64,000 nucleotides of DNA from Chiloscyllium plagiosum. Lineage: Eukaryota. The first letter of the stretch is position 1; every line of letters starts with the position of its first letter. Where the stretch lies: NCBI RefSeq assembly GCF_004010195.1, contig NC_057745.1, positions 6,328,861-6,392,860 of the forward strand. The letters run 5' to 3'. The translations under genes were made by a program, and so were the position numbers. Below the pieces are notes generated by a model. It saw nothing but the letters and a program-made list of their open reading frames with translations. It made no database searches and was not told the origin of the DNA. Positions 13,089-25,439 of the stretch are shown one piece after another.

Positions 13089-13544
13089 CCACCTAACATC
13101 CATTGGCCACTGGAAATAAATATGCAACATTACTGTAGCAAAGGCATTGTGTGACAATCAACGTGCAGTGGTCAAAGAGAAGATTATAGTCAGTGAAACT
13201 AGTTCCCATTTAACTACATGTTGCAAAGTGAGGGAGAGAGATATCTGTACCTGTGGCTAATAGTTACCACTTCTTAAGATGGAGAAAACCTCTTCAACCG
13301 TAGGACAAGCTGACAACCATAAAAAAAGCAAATAACTTGCACATAAAATGCCTATCATGACATTAGGATGTCCCCAATTATTTAATTTGTTGAAGTGTTA
13401 TCAATGTTTATACAGTATGCAGGGTATTGTGATCAATTTATACACAGCAAGCTTCACAAAATGCCAAATGGATGCCTAACCGTATAAACTGCACTTGTAG
13501 ATATAGTTAAAGGAAGTTAATAGGGTTGATTAAGGGAATTTATA

Positions 13545-13985
13545 TATTGGTTAATAGTGTTTGTAGTATACATTAAGGGGGATTTAGTGCTGGTTAAGGG
13601 TGTTCATAGTGTTGGTTCAGGGCGTTTATTGTGTTGCTTAAGGGAAATTGAGATGTTTATTAAGGGCGTTTGTAATGTTGGTTCAGGGCGTTTGTAATGT
13701 TGGTTCACGGTGTCTGTACTGTTGGTTCACGGTGTCTGTACTGTTGGTTTACGGTGTCTGTAGTGTTGGTTCAGGGCGTTTGTAATGTTGGTTCAGGGCG
13801 TTTGTAATGTTGGTTCAGGGCATCTGTAGTGTTGGTTCAGGGTGTCTGTAGTGTTGGTTCAGGGTGTCTGTAGTGTTGGTTAAGGGTGTTTGTAATGTTT
13901 GTTAGGAGAAGTTATAGCATTGATTGAGCGTGTCTGTAATGTTGGTTAAGGGAGTTAATAGCATAGGTTAAGGGTGTTTGTGGTG
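13545..13985 (+). repeat. 22-bp minisatellite (GTTGGTTCAGGG(C/T)GT(C/T)TGTA(A/G)T)n
   Basis: 22-nt periodicity, most homogeneous at 13660-13890. Confidence 0.85.
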
Positions 13986-15009
13986 TTAGTAAAGGGAGAA
14001 ATGATGGCTCACATGTAACAGACTTCACTACAGACTATATCACTGGTGTCAGGTGACCAAGCCACATCATAGTTTGAAATGTGCAGTGAGACACCTCTAA
14101 TAGTTCCACACTTCCAGTGAATCTTCACATTTTGAGGCTCTTGGCTTCACTGTCTCGTTTGATCTCAAGTGAAGCTGCTTCATCTCCTCAATCTCTAAGT
14201 TGGCCTTCACAACATTTGATTTCCTTTTTGATTGCTGGATCTCTCAACAGTGTCTCACTGCTTATAGAACCTCAGATCATGTGAATGGGCCTCTCATATT
14301 CAACACCCCTTACTCCCCGGATGCAGAAACGAGGAAAGACCAAACCATCTGGATTAGCAAATCCAAATAATACCTTTAAGTTCCACCAACCATGCCCTTC
14401 CTCACTGCATATGCCATCCTTGTTTGATTTTGCCAATTTAATGAAATAATTAGCAACAGCAATTTCCTATCTTGCTCCCTCAAAGCTATGTCTTACACTC
14501 CTCACTTTCTCTTCACCATTGTTGGAAGTGTAGATGCCTCAGACCTTGTCTTCCTCACATAGATCTCAGAATCCTGATAATGAAGCCTCACTTCTCCCAA
14601 CAATCAAACAAACCTGGTTTACCTTGTCTGCTCACCTCATTCTTTCCAGGTGACAGGCAGCCTATACTTGGGGCTTTAGCCATTCAATGTGGGTTCAGAA
14701 CAAACGAACGCTATTTAGGTCTCAGATCTGTTCTGATATTCAGTTGGAACATGTCTAATGCCCGTTGCTAAAAATGCTTATGAAGAGATGCCATTTGATA
14801 TGGCATGATCATGCTTATCATGTGGACTCATTCCAACCCTGCTCATTGTTCAAAGGGAGAGGATATGTGAGAGTTTAAGAAAAGAGATTTGTTTTGTATG
14901 GAGTTCTTGGTGTAGCATTGTAAAACTCAGTAATAATGATATCACAAGACCGCTCTGATTACTTCATGAGTCTGCTTTAGTGACATCAACAAACTGCACC
15001 TTTTCCATC

Positions 15010-15745
15010 ATATTTTGTTAAAACCTTTTGTCTTGCACTCATCAGACAATTCACAAGTATACCATTATAAAGAGAGAACAACATTTATGAGGCATTGGAA
15101 TTCAATATACCATGATATTTATTTGTGTGATAGATAAAACACGTGAAATGCTGTGATTTCAAGCGTGTAAGCTGTGTGTCTGTCAATCGTATCAAACAAC
15201 ATGGCTCCCTTCAGCTGTTTGAAATCAGCAAGTTATTGATTATACCCAAACTTGTACAATTCACAATACGGTGTCCAACATTTGGTGTAATTTTGCAATT
15301 GGTTAACATGGACTAAACAATCCTGAGTGTGCTAAGAATTATGCAGGGAATCAATTTAGGATTGCCTATCAGGTTCGCAGTGTGGTGCATTAGTGTGGAA
15401 TATATTCTGTAAATTAATATAAAATGTCATGTCTTTGCAGGCAGAAAACACATATACACATGAGCACCTATTTCAATTCAACAAAATAGCTAACAGACAT
15501 TCACTGGCTCATTTCTTGAGACAATACCTTGTCAATCAACATTCCTGGTTTAAAATTTAAACAGAGTTTGTCAATTAACTGTCAGGCATCATTACCCATC
15601 ACATTGTCCTGGCAATACCTCTCAACCAGAGTCTACTTGTCAACCAATCTCCTCTCATATGGTATCAATGTTGTTTTCCCTTTACATTGGTATTCTTGCA
15701 AATTGTCCTGATAAGTGCAAGATGAAAGGCTTCAACAAGATGTGT
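15010..15745 (+). mobile_element. Old, distinct Penelope-like remnant bounded by ~80-bp inverted repeats
   Basis: 15010-15090 is the degenerate reverse complement of 15665-15745. The interior reads as a decayed GIY-YIG C-terminus (..NNPECAKNY..NQFRI.. and ..LCRQK..). A homologous 3' end lies at about 32630-32790. Confidence 0.6.
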
Positions 15746-15957
15746 TTTTTGTTTAAAGCAATACTTAATTTCTGCACTGCCAAATAGACTATTTTTAAGG
15801 GATTGGATGTGAGGAGTTGAGTGATATGCCTCTAGTCTGTGCTGGTGAGTTGTCAGCAAGTGTGAAATTCTATTCTACCCCCAAATGAAAATAATCGTAA
15901 CAGGTGGCTGATGCACCTGGACTGGAATATAAATATCTCACTCCATAGCAGAGACTG

Positions 15958-17225
15958 ATCCTCCCACTTCCTCCAGACCAAAGGGGTAGCCATGGGCACA
16001 CGTATGGGCCCCAGCTATGCCTGTCTCTTTGTTGGCTACGTAGAGCAGTTGATCTTCCGTAATTACACCGGCACCACTCCCCACCTCTTCCTCCGCTACA
16101 TTGATGACTGCATTGGCGCCACCTCGTGCTCCCGCGAGGAGGTTGAGCAATTCATCAACTTCACCAACACATTCCACCCTGACCTTAAATTTACCTGGAC
16201 CATCTCTGACACCTCCCTCCCCTTCCTGGACCTCTCCATCTCCATCAGTGACGACCGACTTGACACTGACATCTTCTACAAACCCACCGACTCCCACAGC
16301 TACCTGGATGACACCTCTTCCCACCCTATCTCTTGCAAAAATGCCATCCCATATCCCCAATTCCTCCGCCTCCGCCGTATCTGCTCCCAGGAAGACCAGT
16401 TCCANNNNNNNNNNNNNNNNNNNNNNNNNNNNNNNNNNNNNNNNNNNNNNNNNNNNNNNNNNNNNNNNNNNNNNNNNNNNNNNNNNNNNNNNNNNNNNNN
16501 NNNNNNNNNNNNNNNNNNNNNNNNNNNNNNNNNNNNNNNNNNNNNNNNNNNNNNNNGCCCTAACGGAGCCTTCCACATCCATCAAAGTTTTACTTGCACA
16601 TCCACTAATATCATTTATTGTATCCGTTGCTCCCGATGCGGTCTCCTCTACATTGGGGAGGCTGGGCGCCTCCTAGCAGAGCGCTTTAGGGAACATCTCC
16701 GAGTCCCCCGCACCAATCAACCAAATCGCCCCGTGGCTCAACATTTCAACTCCCCCTCCCACTCTACGGAGGACATGGAGGTGCTGGGCCTCCTTCACCG
16801 CCGCTCCCTCACCACCAGATGCCTGGAGGAAGAACGCCTCATCTTCCGCCTCGGAACACTTCAACCCCAGGGCATCAATGTGGATTTTAACAGTTTCCTC
16901 ATTTCCCCTTCCCCCACCTCATCCTCGCTTCTAACCTCCAGCAACTCGATCCCTGACCTGTCCGGACTTGTCCGATCTGCCCAGCTCCTTTTCCACCTAT
17001 CCACTCCACCCTCTCCTCCCTGACCTATCACCTTCATCTCCTTCCCCACTGACCTATTGTACTCTATGCCACTCTCTCCCCACCCCAACCCTCCTCTAGC
17101 TTATCTCTCCACGCTTCAGGCTCTCTGCCTTTATTCCTGATGAAGGGCTTTTGCCCGGAACGTCGATTTTGCCTGTCTTCGGATGCTGCCTGAATTGCTG
17201 TGCTCTTCCAGCACCACTGATCCAA
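15958..17225 (+). mobile_element. Penelope-like retroelement (5'-truncated; RT + GIY-YIG + pLTR), contains an N gap
   Basis: RT motifs GVAMGTRMGPSYA, LRYIDD, LPFLD, FYKPT. GIY-YIG endonuclease NIIYCIRCSRCGLLYIGEAGR..ERFREH...HFN...EE..I..LGT..P.GIN. The terminal repeat carries a hammerhead-like motif at 17133-17168. Confidence 0.92.
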
Positions 17226-19277
17226 TAAATGCTAGCCTAGCCAGCGATACCCACATCCCTCAATGATTTTTTTTAAAAAACATTTCAAGTAGCTACTTGG
17301 TTGGGCACTGATGCCGAACCACTTGTTGTGAGTACCAGGACAGTTTATCCTAAGAATAATTATTACACCACATATAGCGTTTAAACACGTTCAGTATAAA
17401 GACTACTGACTGCAAGCTCTTAACTGAACAGAACTCACTAAGGCAGTAGCTCAGACGGAGAATAAGTGAGACTATATACTCACCCCTTTTAAAGAATCCT
17501 GTTAAATGAGGGCTTGAGTGCCACTAAACAGGATCAATTGAGTATATAATAGGTGCAGAGTAGTCTCAGTACAATTCCATTGCTCTTTGCAACTGGAAAC
17601 CTAATTTTTCTTGGCATGCTAGGTTCTGTCGACTAATCTGTTAATCTTCACCCGTGGAATATACAACTTGCACTTATGTAATGCTTTTCATGATCTCAGT
17701 ATGTGCCAAGTTTATCAGAGCCAATTAAATGCTTTAGAAGGGTTGTCATACAGAAAACACAACAGCCAATTTGTTCACTGCAAACTCTTGCATATAGCAT
17801 TGTGATATTGACCTGATAATGTATTTTTTAAATGGTGACTGAGGGCAGGAGTGCAGGAAAGGGCCTCAGTTTTGTTGAACAATCACGGATTGTTTACATC
17901 CCGCCAACAGCAGATTGGACTGGAGCATCCCACTAGAAAAAAGACTATCTCCACCAGTCCAGTTCCCTACTTGTGTTAGTTTCCTGAAAAGGTCGTGTTA
18001 AGAACAGGGCAAAGTCATTGGCAAAGGCTACATCAATGCCCAGAAGAAGTTGACACTTCCAGCAGTATAGTGGCCAACACCTCATGGAGAGGGAGGGGAA
18101 ATGGAATGGTTGGAAAGAGTCAATGATTGGTCCCAAAGACACAGCAGCTGATGTGGCCCCAGGAATGGTGTCTCCAACCCCTCCCACCCAACCTCCAGCC
18201 CAACTCTGGACTGCTCCGAGAGCTAGAGGCTAAGAGATCATTAGCTATCACTGTCTTTCCCTAATGGCAATGTCACTACAGCCACACTGACTTCTTTTTT
18301 TCCCATTTCATGCCAGTTCAGACATGCTGGCATGCTGTCCTGGGTCATGGTGCCTCATAGGGCATGTGGACCTTGCAGACAGAGGAGAACACATTGGTAC
18401 GACAATCAGCACATTCTGTTCTTGTTCCATATATTAAACAGGGCCAAAGTTGGCTATGGAGTCAGCAGTTGGCATCTAGACACATTTATCCCAGACAGTA
18501 GCATCTCTCCTATCAATGCAACCTCACGACTCTCAATCTGATTCACTCTCCCATGGTGTCCATGAAATATTATGCTGTAGGGATAGTGTATAGGGGATTA
18601 AATCAGGGACATAAATCCTGTATATTGAGGAGATGCACAGTCCTTTCATACTGCAAGTAATGCATGAATTTATTCAACAGCTGTACAGATCAAATGTGTT
18701 GGTGTGATTTCAATCATAAATTTGATTCTGTCAATCAGTACGCGTTTAGTTCATTTCAATTTTCGCTCACCCACCTCAATGACTGATTGATTCTAGTTCC
18801 AGTTTAATTTTCACCTTAATCCGGAAGTGCTGTTAGAATTATTGCAAGGAGGAAGCAACTTAGAAAAGAGGGAATTAGATAGCGTTTCTCTGACAGTGAG
18901 ATTAAATGGGACAAAGATGTCATGTTCATTGCCTCCCTGATGGTACCATTGGGTAACATGATTCAGGTGGAATACAGTTAGGTCTTAGCTTAAAGCCAGA
19001 ACTAGTTTTTGATATCCAACTTGTGACGTTAGCTGGGTTTGCCTTGGGATCAACCAATACATTCCAACTTGTCTGTGATGTACCTTCTACATCCCACAGT
19101 ATAAAAATATTGTGTCAACACCGTCTTAAAGAAATAACTTGTATTTATAAAGAATCTTGCCTTGGGACACTCCAAAGCATCTTTTTAAGTAATTATCTCT
19201 TTTTGCTTTGGAATGTAGTCGTTGTTCCATTGAAAAACATAGCAATCATCCAATGCCCTGCAATTAGCAGCTTAGGA

Positions 19278-19585
19278 TAGAATCCTTACAGTGTAGATAG
19301 AGGCCATTCAACCCATCGAATCTGCACTGATGTTTCAAAAAGCTTCTGATCCAAACCCACCCGCTCCCCCATCCCTGCACCTAGCCTGCACATCCCTGGA
19401 CACTATGGATAATTTAGCATGACCAATCTACCATAATCTGCACATCTTTGGACTATAGGAGGAAACTGGGGCAAACCCATGCAGACACGGGAAGAATGTG
19501 CAAACTCCACACAGTGTCCCCAAGGCTGGAATTGAACCTTAGTCTGTGGTGCTGTGACGCAACAGTGCTAACCACTGAGCCACTG
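19278..19585 (-). mobile_element. HE1-type V-SINE
   Basis: Reverse-strand copy of the same SINE. Confidence 0.8.
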
Positions 19586-19859
19586 GAATAAATGACCTAT
19601 TCTTGATGGTGTTGGTTAAGGGAAGAATCTGTGCCTTTCTGCATGGAGGAAGGATCACACCAATAACAGACTCATCCCAAGTTGCCCAGGCACAGTTCCT
19701 TGGGCAGTGGGACAGTGGGTAGCTTTGGCCTCACTTGTTCAAATTCCACTCATTACTTATGAAAGAAAATATCATCAGTCTTTTATATTGTGCTTCTCAT
19801 ATATCTGGGTGGTTTCCCAAAGCACAAGTTACACTGGAAATAGTTTTTGGGGAGAGATG

Positions 19860-20205
19860 GATGGTTATTGGTAATGTTACTGGATGAGTCAACCAGAAGC
19901 CTAGGTGAATGTTCTGGGACACACGACATTCAAATGACATCTTGCAGAATTTAAGTTCTGTTCTTAAATCTGGAAATATAAAATTAATTTCCAAAACTGT
20001 GACCATGAAGCTATCAATGATTGGTGTCAGATCCATCTGGTTCACTAACATCCTTTAGGGAAAGAAATGTGGCCTCCTTACCTGGTCTGACTTGCATGTG
20101 ACTCTAGACCCTAGCTGTGTGGTTGAATTTTAACTATCCTCTAATATAGCCTAGGTAGCCACACAGTTCAAGGGTAACGAGGAAGGGTCAACAAATGCTG
20201 GCCCT
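19860..20205 (+). mobile_element. Second SINE family (DeuSINE/SacSINE-like; family name is an inference)
   Basis: Recurrent unit GGACTAGTAATCCAG...GTTCAAATCCCAC...TGGTGGAATTT...TCCTTTAGGGAAGGAAA...CAGTTCAAGGGCAATTAGGGATGG. Also seen at about 10350-11550, 11960-12460 and 39200-39545. Confidence 0.6.
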
Positions 20206-20619
20206 CACTAAGGTTGCGCGGAAAAAAAGAAAACATAATGCAGTCATTGCTATGTTGATGTAGCCAATTTGTACACAGCAAAACACAATGGATAAGAGGG
20301 ATTCTGAAGTTATTCACTTTGTTTAACCTGGCAAAGCAGTCAGAGAACAGTACAAATATGAAATAACAGAGGTCTTCATGAAACACATCATCCATAATTT
20401 CTCTTTTTCAAAACGTAAATAAGATGACAAAGGGTGAGAAGTGACTTGGAAGTCTATTACCTTTGTTCTCGAACTACCCATGCAGCCTTCAACACTTTGA
20501 ACAACCCCCATTGTTCCTGCCTTTGCTACTTCCTCCTGGTTGGATTACTTGAAAACTATTCACTGACTTTTCATTAAATGACCATGAGAACCTTCTTCCA
20601 TGTATGTAGTCAGCTATTA

Positions 20620-20876
20620 CGAGGGGGCATAGCTTTAAATTAAGGGGTGGTAGGTATAGGACAGATGTTAGGGGTAGATTCTTTACTTAGCGAGTCGTGA
20701 GTTCATGGAATGCCCTGCCAGTAGCAGTGGTGGACTCTCCCTCTTTATGGGCATTTAAACGGGCATTGGATAGGCATATGGAGGATAGTGGGCTAGTGTA
20801 GGTTAGGTGGGCTTGGATCGGCGCAACATCGAGGGCCAAAAGGCCTGTACAGCGCTGTATTTTTCTATGTTCTATG
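20620..20876 (+). mobile_element. CR1-type LINE 3' end
   Basis: RGHSFKL.G.R.RTDVRGRFF..RVVSSWNALP, and a tail ending TTCTATGTTCTATG. Confidence 0.8.
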
Positions 20877-20960
20877 ACACTCTCATCCTCATACAGTCCA
20901 TAGGGTCATTCAGCACGGAAACAGACCCTTCGGTCCAACCAGTCCATGCCGAAAATAATC

Positions 20961-21129
20961 GAAGAGAAAGTGAGGACTGCAGATGCTGGAGATCAGAGCT
21001 GAAAATCTGTTGCTGGAATTGTGCAGCAGGTTAGGCAGCATCCAAGGAGCAGGAAAATCGACGTTTCGGGCATGATTCCTGAAGAAGGGCTCATGCCCGA
21101 AGCGCTTTTCCAGCAACACATTTTCAGCT
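20961..21129. mobile_element. Family A pLTR mini-element nested in a CR1 tail, 16-bp TSD
   Basis: TSD CATGCCGAAAATAATC at 20945-20960 and 21130-21145. Confidence 0.8.
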
Positions 21130-21444
21130 CATGCCGAAAATAATCCCAAACTAAACTGGTCCCATCTCCCTGCTCCTGGCCCATACCCCTCCAAACCTTT
21201 CCTATTCATGTACCTTGACATGGTCTGATCTCACCCTTTTTCTTCATCTGTAGCATTTCAAATGAATCTGCACATTTAAATGGGAAATTTTGTGAAGCTG
21301 CCCTAATTCTAGGCAATGGACCTTTGGCTGTTTGATATTTGAAGTGTCAAGGTGCGCAGGTGCAATACTTGTACTTTCCAGCAGATGGAGCATTGCAGTC
21401 ACTCGCCATCCAGTTAGCGTAATGGAAAACTCCAATGGGACAAG

Positions 21445-21623
21445 GAGAAAGTTTGGACTGCCAATGCTGGAGACCTGAGCTGAAAAGTGTGGTTGCAGGT
21501 CAGCCAGCATCTGAGGAGCAGGAGAGTCAACATTTCAGGCATAAGCCCTTCATCAGGAAGTCAAGGGCTCCTGCTACTCCGAAGCCTCCTGACCTGCTGT
21601 GCTTTTCCAGCACCACCCTTTGC
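21445..21623. mobile_element. Family A pLTR mini-element, 17-bp TSD
   Basis: TSD AACTCCAATGGGACAAG at 21428-21444 and 21624-21640. Partial inverted arms. Confidence 0.75.
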
Positions 21624-21647
21624 AACTCCAATGGGACAAGCCAAGTA

Positions 21648-21839
21648 CAGGTAGTTCTGATATAACGCGCGTTTCGATAACGCAACTTCGCTGTAATATG
21701 ATTGATAGATTGGGGACGCAGTTTCTGAAGCGCAAACTTTTAAAATGTGATTACATCGCCAACACTTTAAGCGCTGTGTCTAAAGCACAATTTTCCGATA
21801 ATGCGGGATTGCACAAGAACGTTATAGAAGAACTATCTG
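21648..21839. mobile_element. Tc1/mariner-pogo-type MITE
   Basis: TA on both sides (21646-21647 and 21840-21841). 20-bp TIRs CAGGTAGTTCTGATATAACG / CGTTATAGAAGAACTATCTG match at 17 of 20 positions. Confidence 0.8.
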
Positions 21840-23145
21840 TATCGGACACCGCGTTCACACAAAGGGAAGGAACTGACAGACTGGGTTTCTTCTTTTGAGG
21901 AGGGCTAAACGGTGACCTAATAGAGATCTTCAAAACTACTAGAGTAGCAGTGCAACAAACAGAGGGGAAGAGCATAGCCAGAGGCCACCAATGCAAGATG
22001 GTCACCAAGGAATCCAATGGGGCGGGCTCAAAAAAAAATTATTTACCCAAAAGAATGGTGAGAATGTGGAACTCACTACTACTGGAAATGCTTGAGGAGA
22101 ACAGTATTAGTCCACTTAAGGTGAAACAGTCAAACATCGGAGGGAGAAGGGAACACGTGCATTGTAAAGGTAGCTTAAGGTGAGGGAAAGTAGGTGGAAG
22201 ATCATTGTTTTGGGCATAAATACCAGTACAAACAGGATTGAATGAATTCCTTGTTTCTGTGCTGTTTATTTGATGTAATTTTATATAGAACGAGCAAAAG
22301 ACTTTTGCAGAATTAATAAACAGACTGTCGAGCAATGAGACTGTAAACAATCCAGTGTGAGACAGCGAGGTTGCTCCAAAACGAGTTGATATTAAATAGT
22401 GATAACTTTGGCCTTAGAAGTGCTTGTGATGGAGATGCCTTGGATGGATAAATGTGACCTTTAAAGGCATTGTCCCTCATCCTGAGAAGCACGAAATTCC
22501 TTCACGCACATGGACACATACCCAAGTATTTAAGAGCAGATCAAATAAGAGCTCTTGTAATCTATTCAGGAGCAGCTGCATTAAAACTGCCTCCGTGCCT
22601 CAATGAGTGAATGAACAACAGAGTGCAGTGTATTGTGTTGGACAGAACAGAAGGTCCACCATCCTCCTCCCCCTTCTTCAACCTCCCCTCCCCCCCAACA
22701 ACACCCTGATCCATGGTTAATCTGCAGTCACGCGGACACAAATGAACTGATTGCAATTGTCCGTAATCCCTGAGCTAAGGCTAGGAGGGCTGGGGAGGTG
22801 GGTCGATAAACAGGCAGGGTTCATGCTCCTGATCACCTCCCAGTGGCTTCTGGAGAGGATGCAGGATTGTAAAGGGGTGGGGGGGTAATGAGAGCAGCTG
22901 TGAATCACCCCCCACCTCTTCCACCTCCCGCCTGTCAGCGGGCTCATAGTCTCGGGTCACACATGGCAAACAGCCATTTGAATGTGGAGACCAAAACCCA
23001 AAAGGAAGTGAGAGAAAATGTAAGCAGAGAGAAAAATGAAACAGTGCAGTGCAGCATGTTGATCTCGAGTTAACAGCAGACACCATTCCATGTTCGCTGT
23101 GACACACGAAAATCAGAGTTCCTATCTGTAATCTGGCAATGCTGT

Positions 23146-23151
23146 TTTATT
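23146..23151 (-). terminator. Poly(A) signal overlapping the ISG20 stop codon
   Basis: The minus strand reads TGAATAAAACAGC...GATTACA...TTTTCGTGTGT: AATAAA, then a candidate CA cleavage site, then a U/GU-rich element. Confidence 0.55.
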
Positions 23152-23300
23152 CACTGATATCTGTTTCGATTCTCAAAACGATTCACTATCTCCACTTTGC
23201 GTCCCTCACGGAGGTGCATTTCCCACATTATGTCCACGAGTTTAAAAAGTTCCATAGCCGCACTCGCATCTTCAACAGAGGAGTGTCCTTTGTGGCTATC
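23151..23300 (-). CDS. ISG20: ISG20-like last coding exon (Exo III); not in the supplied ORF track
   Basis: Hand-translated after the acceptor TTTTCCTTTAACAG|: DSHKGHSSVEDASAAMELFKLVDIMWEMHLREGRKVEIVNRFENRNRYQ*. Contains the GHSSVEDA DEDDh motif. TGA at 23153-23151. Total protein 193 aa. Confidence 0.9.
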   Translation of the reverse strand, partial: DSHKGHSSVEDASAAMELFKLVDIMWEMHLREGRKVEIVNRFENRNRYQ

Positions 23301-23857
23301 CTGTTAAAGGAAAATAAAAGATTGCAGCAGTCAGTGGAGGTCTTAGAGTGGAAAGTGCTCATTGGCTCTATCAAATGCACCTTCAGTTGAAACAAGATTC
23401 AGGCATGTTGCTGGGGCAGTGCAGCGTTCTACAGACCAAACTTTATCTTGGGAATACTTGATGGAACAATATAGGGTGGAAGCTTTACTCTGTACCTAAT
23501 CTCTAATGGATCTGAAAATACTTTAGACCAAAATAAACTCAGAAAAATGCAGGAGAAATTCAGCAGGTCTGGCAGCATCTACAGAGAGAGAGAAACAGAG
23601 TTAATTAACATTGCAAGTGCAGTATCACTTGTATTTTTCCTTAGGCTGATACTGGCTACCCAACATCTGACTTTCTTGAAATCTGATCTTCCTTAATGTG
23701 AGCTTTACTGGCTGGGCCAACATTTATTGCGCATCCCTAGTTCCTAGTTGTCTTTGACAAGGTGATGGTGAGCTGCCTTCTTGAACCAATGTAGGTCAGG
23801 TAGGTCAGACTCATCAATGGTGCTGTTTAGAAATGAGCTCAAGAATTCTTTAAACTG

Positions 23858-24152
23858 ATTAGATTAGATTACTTTATAGTGTGGAAACAGGCCCTTCGGC
23901 CCAACAAGTCCACACCGACTCTCAGAAGAGTAACCCACCCAGACCCATTCCCCTATGTTTACCCCTCCACGTAGCAATTTAGCATGGCCAATTCACTAAA
24001 CCTGCACATTTTTTGGACTGTGGGAGGAAACCCGAGCACCCAGAGGAAACCCTCGGGGATAACGTGTAAACTCCACACAGAGGCGGCGAATTGAACCCGG
24101 GTCTCTAGCGCTGTGAGGAGGCAGTGCTAACCACTGAGCCACCGTGCCGCCC
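23858..24152 (-). mobile_element. HE1-type V-SINE in an ISG20 intron
   Basis: GGGCGGCACGGTGGCTCAGTGG head on -, with an (ATCTA)n-like tail. A partial copy lies at about 30345-30560. Confidence 0.8.
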
Positions 24153-24817
24153 ACATTCTGATGCAGAGACGAAGTTCTCTCAGCAAAGTCAGGGAGTCGT
24201 AGAGGTTTACAGCATGGAAAAAGGCCCTTTTGCCCATCAAAGGAACAGAGAAGAGCTGGCACAAACACAGAAAATGCTGGAGAAACTCAGCAGGTCTGGC
24301 AACATCTGTAGAGAGAGAAACAGAGTTAACATTTTGGGTGGGGTATGACTCTTCTTCAGCAATCAGAAAGTGCTGGCATTTGCCCTTTTAAAGGACAATA
24401 TATCCCACTCCATTGAACTCTCCCACTCACTCTCGACAGCACTGCGGGTGACTCACCACCAGTTCCTTGAGAATAATTAGGTACGGGGTAAAAAAAAATG
24501 TGGGTCTATTCAGTGTCACCACAGCCCGTGATATGACTCTATGATAGGTTTCTACATATTCAAAACATCAAGGGATATGTGGATTGTGTCAAAGTGAGAG
24601 ATCAGCCGTGATTTCGTTGAATAGCGATGTAGGCTTCAAGGGCTGACTAGTCTCCTCCTGCTCCTTTTTTTCAATGTTCTATATCTTATGATTTTAGCAG
24701 TGAGTGAACTCGGAGAAGACATTGTAGTGACATACAGAACATACAGCAAACAGAGAAAAAGGTTAGGAACAAAGTTCTCAAGTGTATCTGAGTGCCCGTT
24801 ACATGGTGCACATTTAC

Positions 24818-25018
24818 CTGTATCCTTTTCCCCAGTAGATTCTGGCAGAGGCTTTTTAACGAGGCACGCCTGTCGGTTTTCAGTCTTGCTTTCATGATCA
24901 GTAACTTGCATGAAGATGTGTCCCGTATGGCATAATTTGAGATGTCCGTTTTCAGGACCCGGAAGTCAGATCTAGGATCATGGCCCACAATAATTTTCCC
25001 TTGTATAATCTTCAAAAT
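24818..25018 (-). CDS. ISG20: ISG20-like coding exon 2 (Exo II)
   Basis: 201-nt phase-0 exon: ILKIIQGKIIVGHDPRSDF...DISNYAIRDTS...RRASLKSLCQNLLGKRIQ. TTCAG| acceptor and CAG|GTAAAT donor. Confidence 0.9.
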
Positions 25019-25180
25019 CTGAATGAAATTGGTGGAAACCTAATTAGCAGAAAGAACAGGCACTTAAACAGCACAGGTCATGTTATCTTCAAAACCAGAA
25101 TCACTGAGTGTTAAGGCATAAAGGGAGGTCATTCAACTCATTGTATTTGCATTGGCTCTCTAAATGAACATCATTACTAA

Positions 25181-25419
25181 GTTTAGATCAGAGTGGTGCT
25201 GGAAATACACAGCAGGTCAGGCCGCATCCGAGGGGCAGGAAAATCGATGTTTCGGGCAAAAACCCTTCTTCAGGAAGGGCTGATGATGGGCTGATGAAGG
25301 GCTTTTGCTCTAAATGTCAATTTTCCTGCGCCTCGGATGCTGCCTGACTTGCTGTGCTTTTTCAGCACCACTCTGATCTAAACTCTGGTTTCCAGCATCT
25401 GCAGTCTTCACTTTTGCCT
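25181..25419. mobile_element. Family A palindromic pLTR mini-element in an ISG20 intron, 11-bp TSD
   Basis: Inverted arms TTTAGATCAGAGTGGTGCTG...CAGCACCACTCTGATCTAAA. TSD ATCATTACTAA at 25170-25180 and 25420-25430. Confidence 0.8.
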
Positions 25420-25439
25420 ATCATTACTAAATGCCAACT

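Noticed and set aside
15992-17023. Apparently continuous 343-aa Penelope ORF as an active element
   Set aside because: It is 5'-truncated and its continuity runs across an N gap shorter than the equivalent region of the copy at 59453. Its hammerhead GAAA is also mutated to GGAA.
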